Assembly: GCA_030424975.1 (NCBI GenBank)
Contig: JAUHVY010000001.1
Location: forward strand, 57,093-121,092
Direction: 5' to 3'
Length of the DNA: 64,000 bases
Source of the DNA: Alphaproteobacteria bacterium
GTDB taxonomy: Bacteria > Pseudomonadota > Alphaproteobacteria > Micavibrionales > Micavibrionaceae
How positions within the stretch are numbered: the first letter of the stretch is position 1; the number at the start of each line of letters is the position of its first letter. This document shows positions 28,910 through 37,966 of this stretch, piece after piece. The notes beneath the pieces were generated by a model. It made no database searches. It was given only the letters and a program-made list of their open reading frames with translations, and was not told where the DNA came from. The position numbers and the translations under genes were made by a program.

Positions 28910-29701
28910 TTATCGTTCGTTTTTGACCTGATTATAGGCAAGAACTGCGAACATAAATGTTCCGCCGATAATGTTACCTGCTGATGCTGCCATAAGGAAA
29001 CCAAGACATTTCATAACTGAAATTTGGCTTTGTAGTAAGAGCAAGAATGCCTCAGCTGAGCCCGCAACAATGTGCGCAAAGTCACCGATTGCGATGATAT
29101 ACGTCATCATGATAATAACCCAGAATTCCGTACCGCCACGTGCACTGGGCAACATCCACACAAGACAGGCAATCAAGAAGCCTGCAGGGATAGCCATTTG
29201 GAAAATGTGCAATAAATCTTGGTCAACAGCATGACGTGAAATTTCGGTGAATACACTGAGTAGTTCGGGCGGCACAAAATTGTAATGCACCACCAAAAAC
29301 GCGGCGATAAACGTACCGATGAAGTTGGTCATCATCACAACGCCCCATAATTTCAGGGTTCGTATGAAATTACGTTTTGTGCGTTTTTCTAAAACGGGGA
29401 GAACAACCGTAATCGTGTTTTCAGTAAAAAGTTGCAAACGGCCGATAATGACAATAACGAAGCCGAATGTGTATCCCAGGTTTTCCAGCAGAAAGTAATT
29501 TCCCTCGGCCGGTAAATTGTACTTAATGTAACCCTCACAAAAAATGGAGAAACTGATGCAAAGTCCGGCAATTAATCCTGACCAACCAAGAGAAGGCAGG
29601 GAACGTGCAAGCTCTTCTTCACCTTCTGTTGCGATGATTTCGTAAATGGTCGGAGATGCCAACCGAAGTCTTTCATCAATTTCTTCATTTCCCGTAGACA
29701 T
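28910..29701 (-). CDS. formate/nitrite transporter (FNT) family channel, YfdC-like
   Basis: Six TM segments with QLFTENT, FAHIVAGSAE and AGNIIGGTF motifs. The start is uncertain (29701 or 29740). Confidence 0.78.
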   Translation of the reverse strand: MSTGNEEIDERLRLASPTIYEIIATEGEEELARSLPSLGWSGLIAGLCISFSIFCEGYIKYNLPAEGNYFLLENLGYTFGFVIVIIGRLQLFTENTITVVLPVLEKRTKRNFIRTLKLWGVVMMTNFIGTFIAAFLVVHYNFVPPELLSVFTEISRHAVDQDLLHIFQMAIPAGFLIACLVWMLPSARGGTEFWVIIMMTYIIAIGDFAHIVAGSAEAFLLLLQSQISVMKCLGFLMAASAGNIIGGTFMFAVLAYNQVKNER

Positions 29702-30064
29702 ATGGGTTACCTTTTTTACAGTTTTTTTCAAAGAAGTCATAATAGGACTTATTTTGTCCTAAAACGCCGAGTTTGACCATAGAGTGATGTATAAAAAAAC
29801 GTTATTTTAAGGGGATTATTTCAAAAACCAGTAATAAATCATGGGGATCCAGAACACGCTGAGGGTTATCGTTCCTTTTATGGCCTGATACGTAACCCAG
29901 ACCCAAAAAACTTTTTTTCCGGGTTTTTTGAATTTTGAAAAAAATTTGTTTTTGCTTTTTTCTTCTGTCATGGGTTTTTCGCATGCTAAACTGGTGCATA
30001 CTATCTATCAGCATTTCACGAAACGCAAGTGGTGGCTGGATTTAAGTTTGAGGGATTTTTTTTA

Positions 30065-30676
30065 ATGCTAAGAAGTGAAAAGACTTTATTTTTATTATTA
30101 TTTACATTGTTTTTGTTGGTTCCGGCGTTAACACATGCGCAGACATATACAACAAAAAGCGGCAGTAATTCAGGAAAATCAAAATATTGGAATGATGATG
30201 AAGATCGGCGCGACGTTGTAAAAGCGCCGGTTGATTCGAGTGAGCGCGTAGAGAAAGATATGAAAAGATATGGCATTACCGGTGCGCCTGAAATTCGCCC
30301 TGTAGCGAAACTATGTTACAAGCGCTGGGAAACGGCGAAGTGTCACATAGCGCTCAGCAAACTTGGTACAAAAGTTGTCAAAGGGTATATAGGGGCTCTT
30401 GAGCCGTATAACGCGCATGAAAATATCGAAAGTTTAAATGATGGCTGCGGTAATATTTTGAAATGGGGCGAAGACGAGGGGGCTTCTGATGATATGCCAA
30501 AGGCAATGGATTTATGTGTCGGCACGATTCGGGATATAAATCATGAAACCCATGTTCCTGTTAATGATGTAAATCAATATGAGTTAATGGTCGGAAGTAT
30601 CCATTGTCTGATGCGAAGACCGGAATGTTCATTTATTGATAAGCAGCTTGAAATTGTTGCAAAATCAGTGAATTAG
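30065..30676 (+). CDS. hypothetical secreted Cys-rich protein
   Basis: Signal peptide MLRSEKTLFLLLFTLFLLVPALTHA|Q. Six Cys in the mature part. No recognisable domain. Confidence 0.5.
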   Translation: MLRSEKTLFLLLFTLFLLVPALTHAQTYTTKSGSNSGKSKYWNDDEDRRDVVKAPVDSSERVEKDMKRYGITGAPEIRPVAKLCYKRWETAKCHIALSKLGTKVVKGYIGALEPYNAHENIESLNDGCGNILKWGEDEGASDDMPKAMDLCVGTIRDINHETHVPVNDVNQYELMVGSIHCLMRRPECSFIDKQLEIVAKSVN

Positions 30677-33102
30677 TATGTGCTTCCGCTCTTTAAATAT
30701 TGAAGAAGGTCTGCGCTTTCTTTTCCGGTTACCGGTATTTCTGCAGCCCGCTGAAAGGTTTCAATTGCATTTTTTGTCATCGGGCCGATAACACCATCAA
30801 CAGGACCCGGATATAGTCCGCGTCTCATTAATTCCTTTTGAATTGATGAAATTAAAGAACTGTCGTTTTTGGGGGGCTGCGAATTTGAAGCAATCGCACG
30901 CTCTATATCGCGAACATCAATACCTAGGGAAGATGCGAGTTGTTGCAATGCCGCTTGTGCCTCGGGGCTTCCTGAATCTGCTGCACGTTTATACCATGAT
31001 AAAGCAAGATCCGGGCGCACATCTCCCAAAAGTCCGTTTTCATAGATCAGGCCAAGGTTATATGCGGCTTCTGTGATGCCTTGTGATGCGGCATTTTCGA
31101 AATAGCGTGCGGCGCGCCCGGGGTTGTAAGGGGTTCCGATGCCCTCAATATTGGCGATGCCAAGGTTATATTGCGCTTCGGGGTGTCCCATTTTTGCCGC
31201 TTCATCATAAAGGGATATGGCCTTATCCAAATCAGATTTAACGCCCATACCCTGGTGATATAAAACACCAAGATTGTATTTAGCGTTCGCAACACCGTTA
31301 TTTGCGGCTTCTGTAAACCAAAGTGCCGCACGGCTCAGATCTTTTTTAATACGCCCGTTGCCTGATACATATATCGCGCCCATGTCATGTTGGGCTTCGG
31401 GGACACCTTTGAATGCTTGGTTTTCAATCTTTTTTGTGACAGGTGTAAGTGAAGGATCGGGCTTAATACGGCTTTTTAAATCACGTAGATAGTCGGATGA
31501 AATATTCGATGTGACCGGTACTTGCGGTTTTGATGATATCGCGGTTACCGGTATGGTTGGGGAGGAAGGTTCCCCCGGCTCAATATCATTCAATGCGATG
31601 GCAACTGCGTTTTCATCACGATTAAATGTTTCTTCTAATTCGTTCGTATTCAAAACATTGACAGACGATGCGCGCGTTTCTGCAGTTGTTTTTGTCTGTA
31701 TATCTTCTGCTGTTTTTGCGCCTTTATGGATACGAATGCCATAATCGCTATTGCTTGTTGTATCAATTTCGGCAGCATCCGGCGTTTCGACTTCCGCGAT
31801 TTCTTCCTCAAATGTGGGGTCATAAAGTGCCGTCGGGGTTTCATATCTTTCATATTCGGGCATATAGCCGGCGGCGTCTGCTGTTGCCTTGGCGGAAAGG
31901 TTATCCTCTATGCCGGTTTTTTTTTCCCATGAAGAGCTTTTTTGCGCTTCATCTGATGTGTTGTAGTCATTTTCTTCGTATAACGACTGTGGCTCTACGA
32001 TGGGCAGCGTTATCGTTGGGGGCTCAGCTCGGGATAACGTTTGGGATGATATCTGAGCAGGCTGACGCGCCGCACTGAGGATCCATCCAAGGAGCATGAC
32101 AACAATTAGCACGAGAATAAGGCTGGTCATTTGTATGCGCACGGGTTTGCGCCACCACGGTAGCATGGCCTCTTCATGTAGACGACGTTGCAGCGCAAGG
32201 GGATCCGTTTGTAATGTTTGGTCCGCTAGCTGTGGCATGTTAACGCCCGCTATCCCCTGATCGGTTAGCAAGACCATTGCCTTTGCGTTCAGAGCGTCGC
32301 GCGTTTCCAGAACCGCATGTTCAATGCGTTCGACTTTGCGTAAAATGCGATTTCGATCTTCAATCATCTTATCGATTTTACGATCGAGCTTCATATATTC
32401 GGAGGTGTTTTCCTCAATCTTGTTTTCAAGAACGTCAGCGCGTGTTTCCGCCTCGCCAACACGTTTGGTGAGCGCCGTGTAAGCCGCGACATTGTCCACC
32501 ATTTTTACGCCTTGTTCCTTTTGCGCGGTTTCCAGCGTTTTTTGCTTTTTCGTAAGTTCTTCTTCTTTTTGTTTTCTCTCTTCGATTTCAGTTTTAAGAG
32601 TTTGAAGCGATTCGTTTGATTTTTCCTCTAGCGCACTGACAAGTTTCTTTGCTTCTTCTATCTGGCCAAGTGTTGTTTTGAGATTTTCTTCAACACGTGA
32701 TGTCTTTTTCGTGCTTTCGTTTTGGCGTTTCGCGAATTTCTGTTCAAGGTCCAGGTAATCTTTTTGCTGTTTTTTTGCGGAATCTTCTAGCTCTTTGATC
32801 GTCGCTTTATAAGTCACAAGCTGTTTTTTTATTTCTGTATTATCTTCTCTTGAGCTTTTTAGCTTTGTATTCAGTGACTTGAGAAGTAGTAGGATTTGCA
32901 TTTGCATCTGGTCTTTTGGCAAGACGGAATCCGATTTTGGCGCTACCGCATTCGATGTTGCGCTCGGGGTTTTGTTGGCCGGTTGTGGAATCGCCTTTGC
33001 TTTTTGAGACGAAGGCGCAGGCTTAACGGGAGATGCGGGGTTATCATCATTGTCAGGGTTTTTGAAATAGACACGACCCTCAGAAGTTTTTTTGAAACCC
33101 AT
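30673..33102 (-). CDS. PodJ-like bitopic protein: cytoplasmic coiled-coil, TM, periplasmic Sel1 repeats, C-terminal peptidoglycan-binding domain
   Basis: Residues about 60-290 show heptad-rich K/E coiled coil. TM segment MTSLILVLIVVMLLGWILSAA. Four Sel1-like repeats (AQHDMGAIYVSG..., ANAKYNLGVLYHQG..., EAQYNLGIANIEG..., EAAYNLGLIYENG...). PG_binding_1-like tail (LMRRGLYPGPVDGVIGPMTKNAIETFQ). The same layout as Caulobacter PodJ. Confidence 0.6.
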   Translation of the reverse strand: MGFKKTSEGRVYFKNPDNDDNPASPVKPAPSSQKAKAIPQPANKTPSATSNAVAPKSDSVLPKDQMQMQILLLLKSLNTKLKSSREDNTEIKKQLVTYKATIKELEDSAKKQQKDYLDLEQKFAKRQNESTKKTSRVEENLKTTLGQIEEAKKLVSALEEKSNESLQTLKTEIEERKQKEEELTKKQKTLETAQKEQGVKMVDNVAAYTALTKRVGEAETRADVLENKIEENTSEYMKLDRKIDKMIEDRNRILRKVERIEHAVLETRDALNAKAMVLLTDQGIAGVNMPQLADQTLQTDPLALQRRLHEEAMLPWWRKPVRIQMTSLILVLIVVMLLGWILSAARQPAQISSQTLSRAEPPTITLPIVEPQSLYEENDYNTSDEAQKSSSWEKKTGIEDNLSAKATADAAGYMPEYERYETPTALYDPTFEEEIAEVETPDAAEIDTTSNSDYGIRIHKGAKTAEDIQTKTTAETRASSVNVLNTNELEETFNRDENAVAIALNDIEPGEPSSPTIPVTAISSKPQVPVTSNISSDYLRDLKSRIKPDPSLTPVTKKIENQAFKGVPEAQHDMGAIYVSGNGRIKKDLSRAALWFTEAANNGVANAKYNLGVLYHQGMGVKSDLDKAISLYDEAAKMGHPEAQYNLGIANIEGIGTPYNPGRAARYFENAASQGITEAAYNLGLIYENGLLGDVRPDLALSWYKRAADSGSPEAQAALQQLASSLGIDVRDIERAIASNSQPPKNDSSLISSIQKELMRRGLYPGPVDGVIGPMTKNAIETFQRAAEIPVTGKESADLLQYLKSGSTY

Positions 33103-33261
33103 AATACATAATCCTTTCAGGCGGGGCTAACCCTTGAACCTAAAATCAAGTGAACACAAAAATAAATACTATGGTAATATAGATACAAATTTTCATGAAA
33201 AAGCGTCAAGGAAATGCATGCTTAACAGTGTATTAGTTTATGGATAAGTGTGGAGGGGAAG

Positions 33262-33654
33262 ATGAGCTCTGAAGCTATTGATACGCTCGACCTTACTGAT
33301 TTGAGGTGTAATTGCGGTCAGGATGTTGTCTTTATTAAACGGATCATTTCTTTGTTCGTGAAGCAATCCCGCGTGGATATCGTTCTTTTAAAGAACGCAG
33401 TTAATGACTGTGATTTGAATGCATGGTCATTGGCGGCACATAGCCTGAAGGGGAGTGCCGGAAATATTGGTGCAAAGAAACTGTATGAACTCGCTGATAT
33501 GGCACAGCGCTTGGCCCCCATACAAAAAGAGCGCATGCCCGAAATTCTTGGTGAGGTGATCGCACGTCATAAAACTGTTTTGGATCTACTGGAAAAAGAA
33601 GGGGTGTATGAGCCGGTTGAGAGGGGGGAAGTCGGCCCATACACGGGGGGTTAA
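33262..33654 (+). CDS. Hpt (histidine phosphotransfer) domain protein
   Basis: The HPt signature AHSLKGSAGNIGAKKL in a helical protein of about 130 aa. ATG 33262 is preferred over the GTG at 33250. Confidence 0.75.
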   Translation: MSSEAIDTLDLTDLRCNCGQDVVFIKRIISLFVKQSRVDIVLLKNAVNDCDLNAWSLAAHSLKGSAGNIGAKKLYELADMAQRLAPIQKERMPEILGEVIARHKTVLDLLEKEGVYEPVERGEVGPYTGG

Positions 33655-33667
33655 ACTGTTTTTTGCA

Positions 33668-33937
33668 TTACCGTAACGGATTGGATACCGTGTGATATTG
33701 ATCCGGTAAATTATTTAAAGTGTTGTGCATCAATACAATCATGTTGTTGGTCATGCTCATGATGCTGACCCCGGGGCCTTCAAAATAAAAGTAAGAGAAT
33801 TCAATTTCGTTTTTGGCCTTTACCTCTGTTAAAAGGCGTCTTACAGACGTTTTCTTTTGTGGCTTTCTTTTGGATTTTTCAGCCGTAAAGATGTGTCCCA
33901 TATTAATAATTTTGCTCTGTATATTATGTGCACTCAT
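33668..33937 (-). CDS. hypothetical protein (89 aa, basic N-terminus)
   Basis: Intact ORF in an AT-rich segment. No recognisable domain. Confidence 0.4.
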   Translation of the reverse strand: MSAHNIQSKIINMGHIFTAEKSKRKPQKKTSVRRLLTEVKAKNEIEFSYFYFEGPGVSIMSMTNNMIVLMHNTLNNLPDQYHTVSNPLR

Positions 33938-34032
33938 GTCATCGTCCTCTAGCTAAAAATTAGGTTCAATTCTGCCGGTCTTGTGCGTCGCTTAAGATGT
34001 ACAAGTTAAAATTACGCTCTTTATCTAAGGTG

Positions 34033-34377
34033 CTATTTCTCCGCTTGGGCCTCAAACTTGAAATACATTTCCGTGAATACATACAGGGATGTGACCTCTT
34101 CGTATGCTTCGTGAAATGACAGTTGACCGTTCTTAAAATGTAAAATTGATTTAAGAATATCTTTTTTGATCATTGATAAAATCGGTACTAGACAGTCTTT
34201 GGCATGGCCTTCTGCTAGCTTGATTTTTTCATCAATGGCATTTTCAAAATCTGACAATTCTTCGCTCAATACAAAATGATTTAATTCTTCCGCATGGGTG
34301 TCATCCAGAAAATTAATGTTGTCATCGTTCTTTTTCATCGTTGATTCTCGTCTAAAAAGTTTAAAAATATTTGTCAT
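34033..34377 (-). CDS. hypothetical protein (114 aa, acidic, helical)
   Basis: Intact ORF with no recognisable domain. The start may be the internal M at 34338. Confidence 0.45.
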   Translation of the reverse strand: MTNIFKLFRRESTMKKNDDNINFLDDTHAEELNHFVLSEELSDFENAIDEKIKLAEGHAKDCLVPILSMIKKDILKSILHFKNGQLSFHEAYEEVTSLYVFTEMYFKFEAQAEK

Positions 34378-34576
34378 GGTTTCTAATCAAGCTTACTATC
34401 TGTTCTCATTAGACGGGTTTTTTACGTGTTATATAAGTTTTTTACCGTATGTAACGGCTCTTTAGGTTAGGTGTACGTGTCCTAAGTCTTTATTATATAT
34501 GAGAAAATGGTTTTTTTCCGTTTCGGTGATACTTCTATCACAATGGTTGGGTTTATAACGTTTTACTGTGGGAGTG

Positions 34577-35734
34577 ATGGCGATTTTTTATAGATTTCAC
34601 GGCATACACATATTCCGAACACTCGTTTTATGCGGGATTTTTTTAGGTGCTTTCAGCTTTTCCTTGGTTGCAAATGCAAGTATCGAAAACAAGGACAGAT
34701 CGTTACGCGCAGCTCTTATTGTACCAAGCGTTGAAGCAAGGTTTTGGGGCAATGTGATAGATGTAGCGCAAATCGCGGCGCATGAGTTATCAATGGATCT
34801 GAAAATTTATAATTTTCAGAGTGATAAAATTAAATTTTTGCAAATTATCCATGACCTGTCAAAACAACAGGAAAAGCCGGATGTTGTGTTATTTAATGTA
34901 ACCTCCGAAGACGATATGATTGTATTTGAAAAGCTCGATGAGGCGGGGATAAATTTTATTGTTTTTAATACAGGCCTGGGCGATGCAAAGAATAAGGAGG
35001 TCGGTGGGCCGCGCGGTAAGTATAAGCATTGGATTGCGCAAATCGTGCCAAACGACATAGCTGTCGGGAAAGACATGGCTTTGGATTTGTATCATGAAGC
35101 CAAGAAGAAAAAGAGCAGCGCGGAACAGGGGCTTGTATATGTGTCCGCAGTGCAAGGGCGAGAGAGAACTGTTGCATCTGATCAGCGCGTGAAGGGGTTG
35201 GTTCTGGCATCGGCTGAACATGAAGATTTCATTTTATCGGCAATTTCTTCGGGCTTTTGGAGCCAGTCTAAATCATATAACGCTGCTCTGCGCCTGCTGG
35301 ATCGTTCTATTACCCCTGATGTTATATGGACAGCAGGCGATATGTCGGCGATTTCTGTCGTGAAGGCACTTGAGGATAAAGGACTTGTTCCGGGGAAAGA
35401 TGTTATTACGGCAGGCATTGACTGGGATGAGTATATATTTGAATACATAGATGACGGTCGTGTTTACGCCTCTTATGGCGGGCATTTTATGGATGCGGCC
35501 TGGGCATTAATGCTGGCATATGATTACCATCATGGCCACGATTTTATTGATGATGTTGGTGTTCGGATATTTAGCCCGCTAAGCAGGATAGATCAGATGA
35601 ATCTGAGTAAAATACGTCCTGCTCTGGAGCAAAAAAAATGGCATGATATTAAGTTTAAAATGTTAACGAAAACCCATAATCCTGACTTTGCGCATTATGA
35701 TTTTAATGTTTTACATCATTTGAATATAGAATAA
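34577..35734 (+). CDS. periplasmic binding protein, sugar-binding (PBP type I / LacI-like fold), orphan
   Basis: Signal peptide (LVLCGIFLGAFSFSLVANA). Alternating beta-alpha pattern with LIVPSVEARFWGNVIDVAQ..., VLFNVTS..., FIVFNTG..., VIWTAGDMSAISVVKALEDKG, typical of ribose/AI-2-type binding proteins. No ABC permease or ATPase gene is nearby. Confidence 0.7.
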   Translation: MAIFYRFHGIHIFRTLVLCGIFLGAFSFSLVANASIENKDRSLRAALIVPSVEARFWGNVIDVAQIAAHELSMDLKIYNFQSDKIKFLQIIHDLSKQQEKPDVVLFNVTSEDDMIVFEKLDEAGINFIVFNTGLGDAKNKEVGGPRGKYKHWIAQIVPNDIAVGKDMALDLYHEAKKKKSSAEQGLVYVSAVQGRERTVASDQRVKGLVLASAEHEDFILSAISSGFWSQSKSYNAALRLLDRSITPDVIWTAGDMSAISVVKALEDKGLVPGKDVITAGIDWDEYIFEYIDDGRVYASYGGHFMDAAWALMLAYDYHHGHDFIDDVGVRIFSPLSRIDQMNLSKIRPALEQKKWHDIKFKMLTKTHNPDFAHYDFNVLHHLNIE

Positions 35735-35745
35735 CCGGCAGTTCC

Positions 35746-37482
35746 TTATGGTGCAGGAGAGTCAATTTCTATAGGCAATCCAGCGCCTTGTATGGCGATC
35801 AAAATTTTATCAACGAAGCCCTTTCGAAAGCTCCACGTATCAAATGCGCCGCGCGGATTTTTAATGAATTCCGGATGATTTTTTTGAATGTCTTCAACAA
35901 TTTTCTGTGCCTCTTCTTGTTTGCTTAACCCGTAATAGGAAACGCATAGGGCAATTTTACTCGTTAGGACTTCTTGTTGGTATGATTCAAGCGCGTGTAA
36001 TAAAGCATTCTCATAGTCACCATTTTGAAAATAATAAGAAAAAAGAATACCGTGATACCAACGTGGGTGTCCGGGATTTACCCTTACCGCGTTTAAGGCA
36101 TATTTTATGGTTTTATCCCACATACCGAGTTGCCCGTAATTCCAGGCGGCATCGGCCATGGTTTCTGTGTCATGCGGATTAAGTTCTAATGATCGTTGAA
36201 TGTGAAAAAGGGCGGTTTTTTCATCAAAATTAAAAAGGGCTGCGTTTGCCATATATTGGTGGGCAGTATTGTTTGAAGGATCTGTTAAAACGGCTTTCTT
36301 TGCAGCGTCTAAAGATTTCTTTCTGATCTGTGCTGCTGTGCCTGTCGGGTTGTGATTATAGCGCAATTCATTGCCGTATATCCATGAAAGATAGGCCCAA
36401 ACATTGCTGTTGTTCGGCTCTTTCGCAACAACTTTTTCCATGCAATCGCGTACTTTTAAGTGGTGTGCTGCGTTCTTGTTATTGGAATAAGAAAAATAAT
36501 CGAGGATACATTGATATGAATTCGCTTCTTCGAACGTATAGTAGCGTATGCGCTCTTGTTCTAAGTTTTGAATAACGCCATAGGGGGATGCGATTTGACC
36601 GGAAATGTAACCGGCTATTTCATTTTGGGTTTTTTCAACTTCCGAGGGTAAAACATTCTCTTCTTGTCTGTATGTCCAAATATAGGTAGTTTTATCGGTA
36701 TCCAGAAGGCGGATTTGAATGTCAAAGCTGTCGACTTTTTGTTTCAGCGTGCCTTCAATAATGTAATTTACATCCAGCGCGCTAAGCGCCTCAGACGTTG
36801 GATTCTGTGTATAGTTATCATTTATGATAGAGCTGGATTGTACCGCTTTTAATGTATTAAAACGTGACAATTCAGAGATGATTTTCTGGTTAAACCCATT
36901 GCCGAATTCTTCCGCTTCTTGATCCCCGATGATACGAAATGGCATTACCGCGACAGTCGGAATTAAATCCTCCACTTTGTACACGACGTTGGCATGAGTT
37001 GCAGAATGTATATAGCTGCGGGTCGGGGGGTATATAAATAAAGCAGCAGCGAGACATAAAAGAATTAACACAATCGCAGCTGAGCGCCGGCGGTACTTTT
37101 TCTTAATATCTCTGTGGTCAGTTTCATTTTCGTCAGGAATATTTCTCAAAAAATGTGGGCGATAGCTTCCTTTCGGAATCCTGATGATGATCGGGTCATC
37201 TGCTCCCTCGTCATAATAATATAGCTTCAAGGTCTTACGAAGGCGCGTGGCTTCTACGCGTATTGAGGCATCTGTATCCGGATCAAAGTCTTCCGATTTG
37301 CCAAAAACCTCGACGCCGATTGTGTAGCCTTTTATATCGTGGCCGTTGCCCGAGACTTCTTTTTCTACGATATAGCTTAGGAAATTTTTGATGCGCGTGG
37401 CACGCCTAAAATCCTCATGGTCAAGGATGCGCGTTAGCTGCGCTTTTATTTCCTCTTCAGTGGGTTTTTTGACTTTTTGCAT
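35746..37482 (-). CDS. CadC/ToxR-like membrane-anchored winged-helix regulator with periplasmic TolB_N-like and TPR domains
   Basis: N-terminal trans_reg_C-like region (IRVEATRLRKTLKLYYYDEG...IIIRIPKGSYRPHF). TM segment AAIVLILLCLAAALFIY. Then VAVMPFRIIGDQEAEEFGNGFNQKIISELSR and C-terminal TPR-like repeats. Confidence 0.7.
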   Translation of the reverse strand: MQKVKKPTEEEIKAQLTRILDHEDFRRATRIKNFLSYIVEKEVSGNGHDIKGYTIGVEVFGKSEDFDPDTDASIRVEATRLRKTLKLYYYDEGADDPIIIRIPKGSYRPHFLRNIPDENETDHRDIKKKYRRRSAAIVLILLCLAAALFIYPPTRSYIHSATHANVVYKVEDLIPTVAVMPFRIIGDQEAEEFGNGFNQKIISELSRFNTLKAVQSSSIINDNYTQNPTSEALSALDVNYIIEGTLKQKVDSFDIQIRLLDTDKTTYIWTYRQEENVLPSEVEKTQNEIAGYISGQIASPYGVIQNLEQERIRYYTFEEANSYQCILDYFSYSNNKNAAHHLKVRDCMEKVVAKEPNNSNVWAYLSWIYGNELRYNHNPTGTAAQIRKKSLDAAKKAVLTDPSNNTAHQYMANAALFNFDEKTALFHIQRSLELNPHDTETMADAAWNYGQLGMWDKTIKYALNAVRVNPGHPRWYHGILFSYYFQNGDYENALLHALESYQQEVLTSKIALCVSYYGLSKQEEAQKIVEDIQKNHPEFIKNPRGAFDTWSFRKGFVDKILIAIQGAGLPIEIDSPAP

Positions 37483-37539
37483 CTAAAAAAAACTACGTAA
37501 AATAAATTGCACAATACACTGAAATATAAATAAATGCAC

Positions 37540-37896
37540 TTATAACGCATCCTTAAGTATACTTTTGTATATCGGTTCTTTGAAACCAATGGTTATATTC
37601 TCATTATGTTTCAAAATGGGACGTTTAATGATGGATGTTTGTTCTTTTGCAAGGTCATACGCATTCTCGTCGTTGACTGAATTTTGTATCGTTTCATCAA
37701 GGTTTCGCCATGTTGTGCCGCGCTTGTTAATAACTGTTTCCCACCCATGTTGTGCGATAGCCAGATTAAAAACATGTTCATCTAGTCCATCTTTTTTATA
37801 GTCATGAAAAGTGTGGGGGATGTTGTTATTTTCCAACCACTTAAGTGTCTTTTTTATTGTGTCGCAATTTTTTATGCCGTAAATAGTAATTGTCAT
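37540..37896 (-). CDS. ArsC/Spx family protein (YffB-like)
   Basis: ITIYGIKNCDTIKKTLKWLENNNI...RGTTWRNL. 118 aa with a thioredoxin-like fold and a single N-terminal Cys. Confidence 0.8.
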   Translation of the reverse strand: MTITIYGIKNCDTIKKTLKWLENNNIPHTFHDYKKDGLDEHVFNLAIAQHGWETVINKRGTTWRNLDETIQNSVNDENAYDLAKEQTSIIKRPILKHNENITIGFKEPIYKSILKDAL

Positions 37897-37966
37897 AAAT
37901 AATAAAGTTCTTATATAAAAAATAAATGTGTGTGTGATTCTACCTTATCTGTGGTAACACATTTTT

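Noticed and set aside
29802-30014. A 70-aa minus-strand ORF from the track
   Set aside because: The sequence is lysine/arginine-rich and derives from A/T homopolymer runs. There is no SD and no domain. It is probably non-coding; an alternative 51-codon frame is noted as a low-interest finding.
31914-31922. An A9/T9 homopolymer inside the PodJ-like gene, considered as a phase-variation switch
   Set aside because: A single 9-nt tract in a lysine-rich coding region is expected by chance in AT-rich DNA. The frame is intact and there is no evidence of slippage. It is mentioned only in passing.
29700-37500. An accessory-looking, AT-richer block, considered as a genomic island, prophage or defence island
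   Set aside because: There is no integrase, transposase, tRNA target, direct-repeat boundary, nuclease, ATPase, or other defence-type domain. The content is signalling and envelope proteins and ORFans, so I treat the genes individually rather than as a mobile element.
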